DNA of 64,000 nucleotides. It comes from Eledone cirrhosa (Eukaryota). The stretch covers positions 12,772,001-12,836,000 of the forward strand of contig OZ024747.1 in the NCBI GenBank assembly GCA_964016885.1, written 5' to 3'. The notes beneath the pieces were generated by a model. It worked only from the letters and a program-made list of their open reading frames with translations. It made no database searches and had not been told where the DNA came from. The first letter of the stretch is position 1. Each line of letters starts with the position of its first letter. This document shows positions 43,424 to 56,099 of the stretch, in pieces. The position numbers and the translations under genes are program-made.

Positions 43424-43519
43424 TTTTGTTTGTTATATATTTGTTAGTAAAAGATATTAAGAGTAATATATTGACTTCGTAGTTGTGAAGAGTATAGACA
43501 ATGACGATAAAGTGGATTA

Positions 43520-44022
43520 ATAATGGTTTCTTATACAGGCACAAGGCCAGCAATTTTGGGGGAGGTGAAAGTCGATTAAATCGACCCCAGTACATTATTG
43601 GTGCTTTATTTTATCGACCCCGTAAGGATGGAAGGCAACGTTAATCTCTAATCGACCCCAGTACATTATTGGTGCTTTATTTTATCGACCCCGTAAGGAT
43701 GGAAGGCAAAGTTAACCTCTAATCGACCTCAGTACATTACTGGTGCTTTATTTTATCGACCCCGTAAGGATGGAAGGCAACGTTAACCTCTAATCGACCC
43801 CAGCGCATTACTGGTGCTTTATTTTATCGACCCCGTAAGGATGGAAGGCAACGTTAACCTCTAATCGACCCCAGTACATTATTTGGTGCTTTATTTTATC
43901 GACCCCGTAAAGATGGAAGGCAAAGTTAACCTCGGCGGGATTTGAACTCAGATAAACGGCCGTAACTCTATGCTGCAAAGCATGGCGTCCCACCCTCTAA
44001 CGATACTACCAATCCACCGCCC
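43520..44022 (-). mobile_element. SINE A with an internal 71-bp segment amplified 5 times
   Basis: Unit starts at 43579, 43650, 43721, 43792, 43863. TSD ATAAAGTGGATTAATAAT. Confidence 0.92.
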
Positions 44023-44202
44023 TTATAAAGTGGATTAATAATAAAAGTACTGAAATAATGGTAACAATGACAACAACAAGAACAACAACAATATTTCTTT
44101 TTAATATTGGCACAAGGACAGCAATTTGAGGGAAAGGTAGAGAGGATAGTACTATACGAGTACGTTATATCAACACCAGTACTTTATTTTATAAACCCTG
44201 GG

Positions 44203-44339
44203 GTAGTGCCAGATTTACTACTGTACTTAGGCATAGGGCCCATCTTCCTGCCAACAAATTTTTACCTCCTTCAGGGCCCAAATAAGGGGCCTCATAACTT
44301 AACTAGCGCAGGGCCTCATTTGTCCTAAATCCGCCATTG
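44203..44339. mobile_element. hAT-type MITE (CAGTGCCGGATTT family)
   Basis: Degenerate TIRs. Body shared with 46781-46945 and 49548-49697. Confidence 0.7.
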
Positions 44340-44391
44340 ACTACAAGAATATGGTTCTTTTTTGGTTTTCCTCATCATATTGCAGTTTCAG

Positions 44392-44560
44392 TTTCGATTA
44401 AATCGAACCCAGTGCATTACTGGTACTTTATTTTATCGACCCAGTAAGGATGAAAGGCAAAGCTAACCTCGGCAGGATTTGAACCCAGAACGTAAAGGGC
44501 CGTGACTCTCTGCCGTTAAGCATGTTGTCCGACGCTCTACCGATTCTGCCAACCCATCGC
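44392..44560 (-). mobile_element. SINE family A (diverged)
   Basis: Consensus match. Confidence 0.8.
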
Positions 44561-44706
44561 AAATGATTATAATAATAAAAGTTGAGAAAACCGAGTACAA
44601 TACCACTGGAAACAGAGGAAATTGGACATAAGTACCTGCGAAGAATCGAACCCGGCATCTCACGGGTTTGTGCCAGCCCAATTCATCGTATATATATATA
44701 TACATA

Positions 44707-45097
44707 CTAGCCGAATTACCCGCGCCTTGTTGGGTTTCACACATTTTTTTTCCAAGAAAATGATGATTGATTTTAAATCACTGATATAATTTATGGAGAA
44801 AAACTCCATTAGGGTGTCTTAATATTATTGAAATTTGCTGAAATTTTGTGAATAAGCATAATATCTTGTCATTTACCTATGGTTTAAATTTCATATAAAT
44901 CGAAGGGAAAACATTTTCAGCGGGGGGTTTTCAGCAGGGGTTTGTGCCCCCGGGGAACCCTTTGATTAAAATGAAATATACTTATCCAAGTACCTTGGGC
45001 AATGTAGTTGCAGAATATATATAGTTATGGGGGTCTATCTCCAAAACCATAGGAGGAGTTCGTGAACAAACAAACAAACAAACAGACAGGAACTACA

Positions 45098-45110
<13 letters not shown>
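44707..45110 (-). mobile_element. Non-autonomous Helitron-like element
   Basis: The minus strand begins TATATATAAAGTTG..(TTTG)n and ends CCC-aacaaggcgc-GGG-taattcgg-CTAG|T, the hairpin plus CTRR 3' terminus of Helitrons. Confidence 0.65.
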
Positions 45111-45143
<33 letters not shown>

Positions 45144-45695
45144 TAAGATGTATGGTAGGTCGTATGTGAATCGCGATGATCACGTCTGACCTACCAAATA
45201 TGTGACGGTAGCTAGTTAAGCTCTATGCGTATACGCAGAGCAGAAATATTCCTATCTCTTCAATTTATATATATTGACAGTCGATCGTTCTTTCCAATTG
45301 CTAATACCGGTCGCAACTCCAGGCAGAAGGGGCAACGTGAAATAAAGTGTCTTGCTCAAGGACATAACGCATCGCCCGGTCCGGGAATTGAACTCACAAC
45401 CTTGCGATTAAGCAAGACACTTTATTTAACGTTGCACCTTCTACCTGGAGTTGTGTGAGCCCAAGGCTATGGTAAAGACACTTGTCCAAGATACTATGTA
45501 ATGAGATCGAATCCGAAACCTCATTATTGCGAAGCAAACTTGTTAATCACTCAGCTGTGACTGCATCCTGCATACATAATAACATTCTCTCTATATAATA
45601 TCCTATGTTGATTGAACAGCTGATTAAGACTTTAGTATAAGTCACTCAATTTTCTTTTTATACCTTACACACACACACACACACACGCACGCACA

Positions 45696-45777
<82 letters not shown>

Positions 45778-45888
45778 CATTACTGCACCAGCTTCTGCAG
45801 TTCTTGCACTTAATTCAGCTTCCTGCATTCCATTCCATCACTCGTGAACATGTTTTTATATAATATCCAAATATCCAGAAACTTCAAT

Positions 45889-46122
45889 CTAATGGTTTCT
45901 TATTTAGGCACAAGGCCTGCAATTTTGGGGGAGGGGAATATCGATTAAATCGACTCCCCCCCCCCCCCCCGTGCGTGTCTGGTACTTTATTTTATCGACC
46001 CTGTAAGGATGAAAGGCAAAGTTAACCTCGGCGGGATTTGAACTCGGATCATAAAGGGAAGTAACTCTATGCTGCAAAACATGGCGTCCGACCCTCTACC
46101 GATACTGCCAATCCACCGCCCC
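45889..46122 (-). mobile_element. SINE family A (long subtype)
   Basis: Consensus match. Confidence 0.9.
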
Positions 46123-46430
46123 TTTAGAAACTGGTATTTAATAAAAACAAAACACTCCATTAAAGGGAACAGAAAAGGAAGAAGAGAAAAGAAATGACAA
46201 GGAGAAAAAGGAAGAAGGATCAAGCGTCGAAAGAAATGGAGATGGGGTGGACAGGAGGACAGTCACTACACCCCCACTTTGAGCGGTACCTCAGCCGCAC
46301 CCCGGGAACAAAACGGCAAAAGCGTTACTGCGGGGAGAATTACCAGAGACCCCTGCTGCAACAGCCACCCCACCTCACGGGGTTTAATCCTCAAAGAGGC
46401 TACCGGGTGAAATTGAAGAGATAGGAACTG
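46123..46430 (-). mobile_element. Unclassified repeat abutting the SINE head, possibly a LINE 3' UTR
   Basis: Homologous to 51324-51505. Pyrimidine-rich on the minus strand, ending TTATTAAATACCAGTTTCTAAA. Confidence 0.5.
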
Positions 46431-46780
46431 TCTGGAAGCCAGTCAGAAGGACAGTACCTGTAATTCAAAGGGGGATGGGGTCAGCCTTGTCACATTCTGT
46501 GAAAATAATCTTAAAAGGTACACGTGTTTGTGGAAGGCTCAGCACACAATGAGTCACACTGAATCTCCCTGAGAAATACGTTTAGAGGTAGACGCATCTG
46601 TGGAATGCTCAGCCACTTACATGTTAATTGTTTCGTGTATCAAACAACTGGAACACTCGTCAATGTATAGAAATGTTTTTAGTAAGCATGTTTAGTTGTA
46701 CCAGTTGATATAGGGGTTAATCATGGAGTGCTCTATACTGTGGAACAGATATATGTTCTCTTGCTATTTCTTACTACAAG

Positions 46781-46945
46781 CAGTGCCGGATCTATCATTG
46801 TGTCCAGGGCCTCGTTCGTCAGGATGGCGGGGTCCATCTTCCTGCCAAAAAATCTTGTTACGAAGAATTTTTCAAATGTCAAATGCTCAAAGGGGCCTCA
46901 TAACTTAACTAGCACAGCGCCTTATTTGTCCTAAACCCGGAACTG
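46781..46945. mobile_element. hAT-type MITE
   Basis: TIRs CAGTGCCGGAT / ACCCGGAACTG, 8-bp TSD ACTACAAG/ACTATAAG. Confidence 0.8.
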
Positions 46946-47470
46946 ACTATAAGGGTATGGTTCTTTTTGTTTTCCTCATCATGTTTCAGTTTCAGTGGTC
47001 TTATTCGCGCTGGTAACCAATCTGGTACTTTGCCAAACCCGCAACAACTAGGCTTTTTTAAGAGGCGGCCTTTACTCGCCTCATTGTAGCTACATCACTG
47101 GGTTGTGAGAGTTTTCTTGGGAGTTACAGGTGTCACCCATTGCTCCATCTACCCTAGAAGTTTACCGGTGTTGCTCCGGGTTGCTTATTCGTCCGGCAGT
47201 TTCCCACTTATATCACAATTAACCATCATATCTGGTAGCTGTATCGCTATTCGCCACCTGCGACCCGTTCTCTGCCGAGAAGCAGAACAGAGTATGAAGT
47301 ACCAATTTCGAATGAGTACTCAATACAAATTAGTAGAGAATATATAGTAAATCTTGTAGCTACTACATAAAACTGAAAGGGTGTCAGGATAATTCTTAAC
47401 GTTTTCCGTCAGAATGGTTGAAATATTCTATTTTGTTTCATCAGTGTGAGTGTAAGAGAGACAGACTAAC

Positions 47471-47507
<37 letters not shown>

Positions 47508-47615
47508 TTAACAGAGAGGTGGCTATGAAGGTTTTCCAAAGCTCAGCACATTGCATGGAATAATAAATAAATACAAAACAAATGGAAATGATGTGTTGCC
47601 AACTTATCCAACCCA

Positions 47616-47655
<40 letters not shown>

Positions 47656-48258
47656 GTGGTTCAGTAGATCCGTGGTTTACTGAGGCGGGTAATCAATAAA
47701 TGTATATAGAGGGGGGGGGGGGGCATAGAGAGAGGGAGAGAGGGGGGGGGGGTAAAGTAACGTTAATAGATAACGCTTCAAATGGCATTGCTATACTTCA
47801 TCAGCCCCTACGTGGAAGCCCGGTCTGCTAAAGAAAGCAGCTAAATCTTATTCAAAACACACGTAACAAACCACCATCTTAAAAAAAATAAAAAATGATA
47901 GACGCAAAATAATCCTAAAAAAAAAAAATGAGGGGAATGTCATGACTGGAACGCCTTTGATCGTAAATTAACAGAAGCAGGGCTGACATGGAGCTAAACA
48001 ACAAGAAGAGCAGCCTTTTTATTCTACCATTCTATCATTGCGATTCCTTTCTTCATTGACGAAGTAATTGCAACAAAAAAAGGGGGGGGGGGGGAAGAAA
48101 AAGAAAATTATGCTAAGGAAGGAAAAAAACAAAAGGAAAACAAAACTGGCAGCGAATAGAATTACTGTTTTAAAAACTGAGTTAACATCTCGTCAAACCC
48201 TGTAAAGTCTTACATGATAGAGTGGGTGTCGTTAGCAGGTAAACTGCACCAATCTTAC

Positions 48259-48518
48259 CTTACAATAGCAGCAACAATCAGTTTGTAAACATTCACATAA
48301 CATGAACCAAAATCGATTTTTAAGCATCAACCATTGTTTCGAACCGTAGTTATGCAGAACAAAAACAACATAATTTGTACATACACACATATAGTTACCT
48401 AGAGACATACTTATACATATAAAGATACAGACAGATACATGAGACATACATATCAATATTTACATATATAGTTTCAGATTTAAGTACAAATAGAAACATA
48501 ACAGAGATACAAAGAAAC

Positions 48519-48570
<52 letters not shown>

Positions 48571-49277
48571 GTCTCACCCGCGCGTATCACCTATCTATCT
48601 ACCACACTTCGCAAAAATATTCGAACAAACATGCAGTGGGGGTGAGAGAGAGAAAGTTACATTGAAAAGTATATAATACATCACACACATATAATTATAC
48701 ACACACACACACACACACATCTGTATATATTTATATTATATAGGTGTGTGAATGTGTATGGCTACTAATATAAATACACAGTAATTCGCACACACTCACA
48801 TATACATACAGATACCGATATTGAAAGGGAAAAAAATATATACACAGACATTAAATGTGTATATACATTTACACACGCACTCACTCAGCCATAGACATAA
48901 CCCTCCCACGACAGCCGAGGAAATAAAGCACGAAAGAAGTAGCACCTTATTTTCTGGTGCTCTACAGTCCAACTTGAGCTTTACGAGAGCGGCAACTTGC
49001 GGCTTAACTAATGCGACAAAATAAACACAATTTAAAAACATACACACACATATATATGCAAGGAAAAACACACACACCCTATTGGAGGAACAAATGATGC
49101 AGCAAGCATAATTCTCAAGGAACGCAGGTAAGTTGTCACATTAAGGTATCTTTCTTAAACCAAAAAAAAAAAAGCAACAACAAAAAACCCCTCACCTTAC
49201 TTAAATGTTCAGGTGTGTTGATTTATATATTTTCAACGCTAACATTTCAGGTGCTTGTTTGCGATATTAACAGTTAA
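48259..49277. other. Apparently unique island with splice signals on both strands (candidate 5' exons/promoter)
   Basis: Minus donor AAG|GTAAGA at 48258. Plus donor CAG|GTAAGT at 49128. Plus GCTAAC..TTTCAG acceptor at 49250 with GTAAGA at 49278. Confidence 0.25.
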
Positions 49278-49547
49278 GTAAGAATTTCGCAATCTATAAT
49301 ATCTCTTACGTGTGGATGAGTGTGTGAATGAGAGAGAAAGAGAGAGAGAGAATCAGAGTTAGTTTCCATATAATGCTTTCACTAATAAATGACACTTTAC
49401 AACTAAATAACGAATAACACACACACACACATTAATATAACTACTCACTCACACACGCACTTTCTCCCATTTTTGTTTAAACTGTTAGCAAGAATGTAAG
49501 ATTTTTGATGTTTGTACGTTACACACACACACACATATATATATATA

Positions 49548-49697
49548 CAGTGTCGGATTTAGGACAAATGAGGCCCTGTGCTAGTTAAGTTATGAGGCCC
49601 CTTACTTGGGCCCTGAAAGAGGGAAAACATTTGGCGGGGCTGGAAGATGAAGCCCTGTGCTTAAGTACACATAAGCACAATTGTAAATCCGGCACTG
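49548..49697. mobile_element. hAT-type MITE
   Basis: TIRs CAGTGTCGGATTTA / TAAATCCGGCACTG. Confidence 0.85.
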
Positions 49698-50096
49698 TAT
49701 ATTATATATATGCACTCTATCTTGTAAAACAAACAACTTCTTATTAAAAATATTACTTTAATTAGAGTAAGGAATTTCCTATTATAAGGTTTTGTTCACA
49801 ATGCTTAACTCCTGTTGAGAAGGAAACGAACTTTCTACTCAGGCTTAAGAAGCAATAAAACTTAATTAAAAGGAAATATTTTCTTATGAAAAATGGACTT
49901 TCGCCTTCGGATGTAAGTTTTATTTGTTTTAGCAACGAAATCGCCACTGGCTATGGAATGTACACTGACAAGGTTTTGCTCTGGTTTCTTTACTGCTTAT
50001 ATAAATAAGAAAACAAGTATTTCGTGGAATGTTGGGTTGCTTTCTTTTATTTTCTTTATTTTCGTGACAAAATGAAAGTTTTACTGAACTATATGT

Positions 50097-50273
50097 TGAT
50101 ACCGAGTTGAATCACGGCTAACCACAGTAAATAAGGTACTCAATACATGTGTAAGTGATGACAGATTTATATAGAAAAGGCTTCTACAGGACTAGAATTG
50201 TTCCATTCAAAGGAAATCATCAGGAATCCTGATGATTTCATACGAATGAAACAGTTCTAGTCCCGTAGAAGCC
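50097..50273 (-). mobile_element. Fold-back Penelope-like remnant with two opposed hammerhead motifs (family H2)
   Basis: Hairpin 50179-50273. The plus arm reads CTGATGA-tTTC atac GAAt-GAAA-CAG..CCG-TA-GAAGCC. The tail is homologous to 24824-24900. Confidence 0.75.
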
Positions 50274-50298
50274 CTCCCCTCTCTCTCTTTCTAACTAA

Positions 50299-50347
<49 letters not shown>

Positions 50348-50348
<1 letters not shown>

Positions 50349-50540
50349 ATTGGCGACTGAGAGAAAAGAGTACTCAATATCGAAGTAGAGTTTGAATATT
50401 CATTTTATTAAAGCTGAATAGTGAGTCTTGTTTCTCTGGAGTTTCATCTGTTTATCACCGTGTTTATTTAATGACCCTGTGATAAACAGAGGAAACTCCA
50501 GAATAACAAGTCTTACTGTTTAGCCTTAATAAAAGAGTAT
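50348..50540 (-). mobile_element. Fold-back Penelope-like remnant (family H3)
   Basis: Hairpin 50403-50535. The consensus of the two arms gives GAAA-CTC-ca-GAG-TA. Tail with TATTGAGTAC. Confidence 0.6.
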
Positions 50541-51132
50541 ATATACGGTATACTATAGTTTTTCTGGGCGTGGGGAAAACAGATCAGCTGCTTTCTAAAC
50601 TTCGTTACCGTTATATTTTGATTGAAAAGGCCTCTATAGTAGAATTAACTTTGTCTTCCATCCGCACAAAACAGATCGTTTAAAGTAGGTACTAATATAC
50701 AATACAAGATTAGTTTTGTTTCAAACATCTCTCCTTTGTTAAGTTTGGTTACAAAACAAACAGACTTAATTTTTGAAAGAAAAATGAAACGGTAGAGATT
50801 TCGCGGTCATTTTAAAAATAATTACACCTGTCGTCTCCCATTTTAGAGTTAGTATTATCAAAACACATCAATATCATACACTTTCACCCCGAAAGAGAGA
50901 CAGGTGTAATTACCGATTTTACCGTAACAAATTTCATACGAAACCTGCTAGCGTCTGCTTTTTATCACTGCAGAATCTATAAACGAATAATAATAATATA
51001 TATATTATATATATATATATATAGTGATATTGGTTCAGGTTTATTATTTTGAATGAAAAACGTCTTTACAAATATATCGCTATTCGTCTGGGTTTTAGAC
51101 GATTAGATTTCATGTCCAGATTTATCTTTAAT

Positions 51133-51323
51133 AACCGTTTCACTTTTGGCACAAGGCCAGTAATTATTTCAGTGTATTACTGGTACTTTATTTTATCGAT
51201 CCCCGTAAGGATGAAATGCAAAGTTAACCTCGGCGGGATTTGAACTCGGATCATAAAGGACCGTAAGTCTATGCGTCAAAACATGGGGTCCGACCCTCTA
51301 CCGATACTGCCAATTCACCGCCC
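51133..51323 (-). mobile_element. SINE family A (short subtype)
   Basis: Consensus match. Same upstream neighbour as 45889-46122. Confidence 0.88.
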
Positions 51324-51598
51324 TTTAGAAACTGGTATCTAATAAAAACAAAACGCACCATTAAAGGGAACAGAAAAGGAAGAAGAGAAAATAATTGAAA
51401 AGGAGAGAAAGAAAGAAGGATGAAACGGCGAAAGAAATGGGGGTGGGAAGGGGGTCAGTCACTACACCCCACTTTGAGCGGTACCTCAGCCGCGCCCTGG
51501 GAACAATTAGAGAGGCAGTTTCTGAATAAACACTCACCCAGTAGTAACTTTATATATTTTGTCGCAAAAAATATATATATATATATATTTTGTCGCAA

Positions 51599-51629
<31 letters not shown>

Positions 51630-51644
51630 TTTTGTCGTAAAAAA

Positions 51645-51675
<31 letters not shown>

Positions 51676-52209
51676 TTTGTCGCAAAAAATAATATATATA
51701 TGTATATATATATTTTGTCGCAAAATTGGTTTTTGAGAATTTGATTAATTACTGAATCGTAAAACAGAAATCAATTAAAAAAATCGAAGTCAAAAATGAA
51801 AATGTTGCGACACTCTGAGACAGAGGAAGGAAACCTAAAAAAACTCTTTTTACGGAATCGTAATCTCAGATGTTTAAAACATAGAATTCCAAAGACATTT
51901 TTGACCCTTTATCTCAAACAAATAAGAAATAAAACAAGTTACGCGGAAGGTGTACTTATTCCCAAACTCCGCTATTTAGTTAAAAATCTACCACCAAAAT
52001 AGATTTCCTTTTTTTCTAGTTGTACTTACGTACACATATGAAAGTCTCTAAGTTCACACTTTACAGACGAGAGAGTCTATCTATCCCACTACTCGACTGC
52101 TACTTTATTTATTAACCTGGAAAAGTTGATAGAATGGTGGTTGGATTTGAACTCAGAACGCAGTGAACCGAACAAAAAAAAAAATACAGAGATATTTTTA
52201 AATCAGACG

Positions 52210-54185
52210 GTTGTAACGCATGGGTTGTCTCTAGCAGGGCTTGTTTAGGCCTGAGCTACAACATCAGAACAGAGGCAACCCTGAGCTACATCAACAAAAT
52301 ATAGGTTGTCTCTAGCAGGACCAGTCTATTGTTGAGCTACAACAACAGAACATGAACATAGGTTGTCTCTAGCAGACCAGTCTATTGTTAAGCTACAACT
52401 ACAGAACATAGGTTGACCCTAGCAGGACCAGTCTATTGTTGAGCTACAACTACAGAACATAGTTTGACCCTAGCAGGACCAGTCTATTGTTGAGCTACAA
52501 CTTCAGAACATAGTTTGACCCTAGCAGGACCAGTCTATTGTTAAGCTACAACTACAGAACATAGGTTGACCCTAGCAGGACCAGTCTATTGTTGAGCTAC
52601 AACTACAGAACATAGGTTGACCCTAGCAGGACCAGTCTATTGTTGAGCTACAACTACAGAACATAGGTTGACCCTAGCAGGACCAGTCTATTGTTGAGCT
52701 ACAACTTCAGAACATAGTTTGACCCTAGCAGGACCAATCTATTGTTGAGCTACAACTTCAGAACATAGTTTGACCCTAGCAGGACCAGTCTATTGTTGAG
52801 CTACAACTACAGAACATAGGTTGACCCTAGCAGGACCAGTCTATTGTTGAGCTACAACTACAGAACATAGTTTGACCCTAGCAGGACCAGTCTATTGTTG
52901 AGCTACAACTTCAGAACATAGTTTGACCCTAGCAGGACCAGTCTATTGTTGAGCTACAACTACAGAACATAGGTTGACCCTAGCAGGACCAGTCTATTGT
53001 TGAGCTACAACTACAGAACATAGTTTGACCCTAGCAGGACCAGTCTATTGTTGAGCTACAACTACAGAACATAGGTTGACCCTAGCAGGACCAGTCTATT
53101 GTTGAGCTACAACTTCAGAACATAGGTTGACCCTAGCAGGACCAGTCTATTGTTGAGCTACAACTACAGAACATAGGTTGACCCTAGCAGGACGAGTCTA
53201 TTGTTGAGCTACAACTACAGAACATAGGTTGACCCTAGCAGGACCAGTCTATTGTTGAGCTACAACTTCAGAACATAGTTTGACCCTAGCAGGACCAATC
53301 TATTGTTGAGCTACAACTTCAGAACATAGTTTGACCCTAGCAGGACCAGTCTATTGTTGAGCTACAACTACAGAACATAGGTTGACCCTAGCAGGACCAG
53401 TCTATTGTTGAGCTACAACTACAGAACATAGGTTGACCCTAGCAGGACCAGTCTATTGTTGAGCTACAACTACAGAACATAGGTTGACCCTAGCAGGACC
53501 AGTCTATTGTTGAGCTACAACTTCAGAACATAGTTTGACCCTAGCAGGACCAATCTATTGTTGAGCTACAACTTCAGAACATAGTTTGACCCTAGCAGGA
53601 CCAGTCTATTGTTGAGCTACAACTACAGAACATAGGTTGACCCTAGCAGGACCAGTCTATTGTTGAGCTACAACTACAGAACATAGGTTGACCCTAGCAG
53701 GACCAGTCTATTGTTGAGCTACAACTTCAGAACATAGTTTGACCCTAGCAGGACCAGTCTATTGTTGAGCTACAACTTCAGAACATAGTTTGACCCTAGC
53801 AGGACCAATCTATTGTTGAGCTACAACTTCAGAACATAGTTTGACCCTAGCAGGACCAGTCTATTGTTGAGCTACAACTACAGAACATAGGTTGACCCTA
53901 GCAGGACCAGTCTATTGTTGAGCTACAACTACAGAACATAGGTTGACCCTAGCAGGACCAGTCTATTGTTGAGCTACAACTTCAGAACATAGTTTGACCC
54001 TAGCAGGACCAGTCTATTGTTGAGCTACAACTACAGAACATAGTTTGACCCTAGCAGGACCAGTCTATTGTTGAGCTACAACTACAGAACATAGGTTGAC
54101 CCTAGCAGGACCAGTCTATTGTTGAGCTACAACTACAGAACATAGTTTGACCCTAGCAGGACCAATCTACTGCTGAGTTATAACA
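52210..54185. repeat. 51-bp minisatellite, about 36 copies
   Basis: Unit TTGACCCTAGCAGGACCAGTCTATTGTTGAGCTACAACT(A/T)CAGAACATAG(G/T), with degenerate precursor units at 52210-52400. Confidence 0.95.
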
Positions 54186-54786
54186 AAGCATTAAAAGAAA
54201 ACAAAGATTTACGGTAATCAAAAAGGACGCTTACAAACAATCTATAATATCCAGCGACACTTGCTGATTCAGCCACCCCCACCTTACAGTGTAATACTCC
54301 CCCAGGGGGTACGGCTGAGATGTACCGCCCAACCAAATGGGAAGAGTTTTTCCCATACTTCCCCCTTTTTTTTTTCTTTTAATTTTGATTTAAAAAAAAA
54401 ATGCGTTGATTATTGTATACATCTGCTCACTTATAAATATTTCATTTACTAATTATGTATAAAGCTGTAGTATTTTTCGTGTAAAACGTCTGTCATGCTG
54501 AAAAGGGGGTGGTAAGAATGTGTGTGTGAGAGATAGCGATGGTGGCCGTAGCGGCAAAGTCGAAAAATAATTTTTTGGTAAATCCCGGATAATTATAGTG
54601 TGCCTTTAACTTATAATAGAACATCTTAAATGTCATACTTGGGGGTTGTTTCTAATTAAACCGAGGAATTCTCACGGAGTCGGCTAGTTTAATCTAAAGG
54701 TAGTACTTTTAGAATGCATTAAAGTACGGATATGTTTTCCTTTGTATCTTGGATTAACTTTATCTCAGCCAGTTCAACTTTCTGTG

Positions 54787-54994
54787 TAACCATTTCGTTG
54801 CCATATTTCTAACGCTTGCTTTTCAAATAATTTTGAAAATAATCGAGAATTTGGAGAGATGAAATAATATAACTTTATTAAGCTAGTGATTGAAACATAA
54901 CATAAATAAAATTGATTGATACATAACATAAATATAAACATTTTAAAATAAACAATCGAACCAAATACGGTTTCAGGGTTTCAAAAGGGTTAAC
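54787..54994. mobile_element. piggyBac-type MITE (degenerate)
   Basis: TAACCATTTCGTTGCCATATTTCT..AAAAGGG-TTAA. Related ends at about 24330, 55450, 63280 and 63650. Confidence 0.5.
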
Positions 54995-55040
54995 TCATAT
55001 ATAGTTCTGGTGTGTGAGATTCTTAGGTAAGGGTCATGAG

Positions 55041-55214
55041 CAGAGGCGTAACTAGGAAAAAAGCGCTTATAGCAAGAAGTGAAATTGCGCCCCCCCGCGC
55101 GCAGAGGAGCTATCTCCAACGATAGCTTATCTGACTTTAATAGAAAATGCTTCTAGTCTATGTGGTGCCCCTGGCACGTGCTATGCTTGCTATACCCTAG
55201 CCACGCCGCCTCTG
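55041..55214. mobile_element. hAT-type MITE
   Basis: TIRs CAGAGGCG..CTAGG / CCTAG..CGCCTCTG, imperfect 8-bp TSD GTCATGAG/GTCACGTG. Confidence 0.7.
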
Positions 55215-56099
55215 GTCACGTGAAATGGCGTCGTCGATGCCTACTTCAATATTAACCGTGACAAACGTGAAAGAAGCTGACTTCAAATGAAACTCGTATT
55301 AAAACCTGTAAAACTGCGAGAGTTCTGTACTGATTCTTCATAAACAACACTTGCTATGCTGTTTCAGTAACTTTGTTAAATGTTCAATAGATCGATAAGT
55401 ATACAAGTGACGAGAATCTTATACGTTCTTCACTTAAAGATTAAGTCGTTAGCCCTTTCGTTTCCATATTTCTCTCTGATTTTAAAATAATTTTGAAAAT
55501 AAAAAACTTGGAGTGATTTAGTAGAATAACCTCCTAATTTATTAAGCTGGTACTTATAATTTCACACCTTTTTACCTAAGATTATAATGGAAAGTTTTAC
55601 TTTTTAGTCTTTTATTCACAGTTGTATAAACATTACAAATCGTTTGCAATTCTTTCAGAATGAAAATATAAACAGAACATATAAATAAATTTACAGTAGA
55701 ATAACATAACAAATATGTTTTAAATACATACATAAATAACATTACAAATGCTTAGATAACATTATAAATTGCTCGCGATTCTTTCAGAAAGATATATTAC
55801 AATATTAAATAAAATGTAAAGGAAGGGGTGAATAACGGAGCCAACACCAGAGCAAAAGACAGCAATGAGGGGTACTGGGCAACCTCAAACACTTTAAAAC
55901 AAACAAAAAATCGTATTGTAGGTTCAAAGGAGCGGCGAAGTTTCATGTTTGGTATCAAGAGTTGCTATCTAATATTTACTTTAATTTGATGAATATAGTT
56001 TAAAATAAAACAGATTTAAACATTCATTTTCTAGTTCGTATTTCACTATGTCTTATCTTAGTTCCATGCACCTTCGGGAGTGGTGCTTATTCTCTATAG

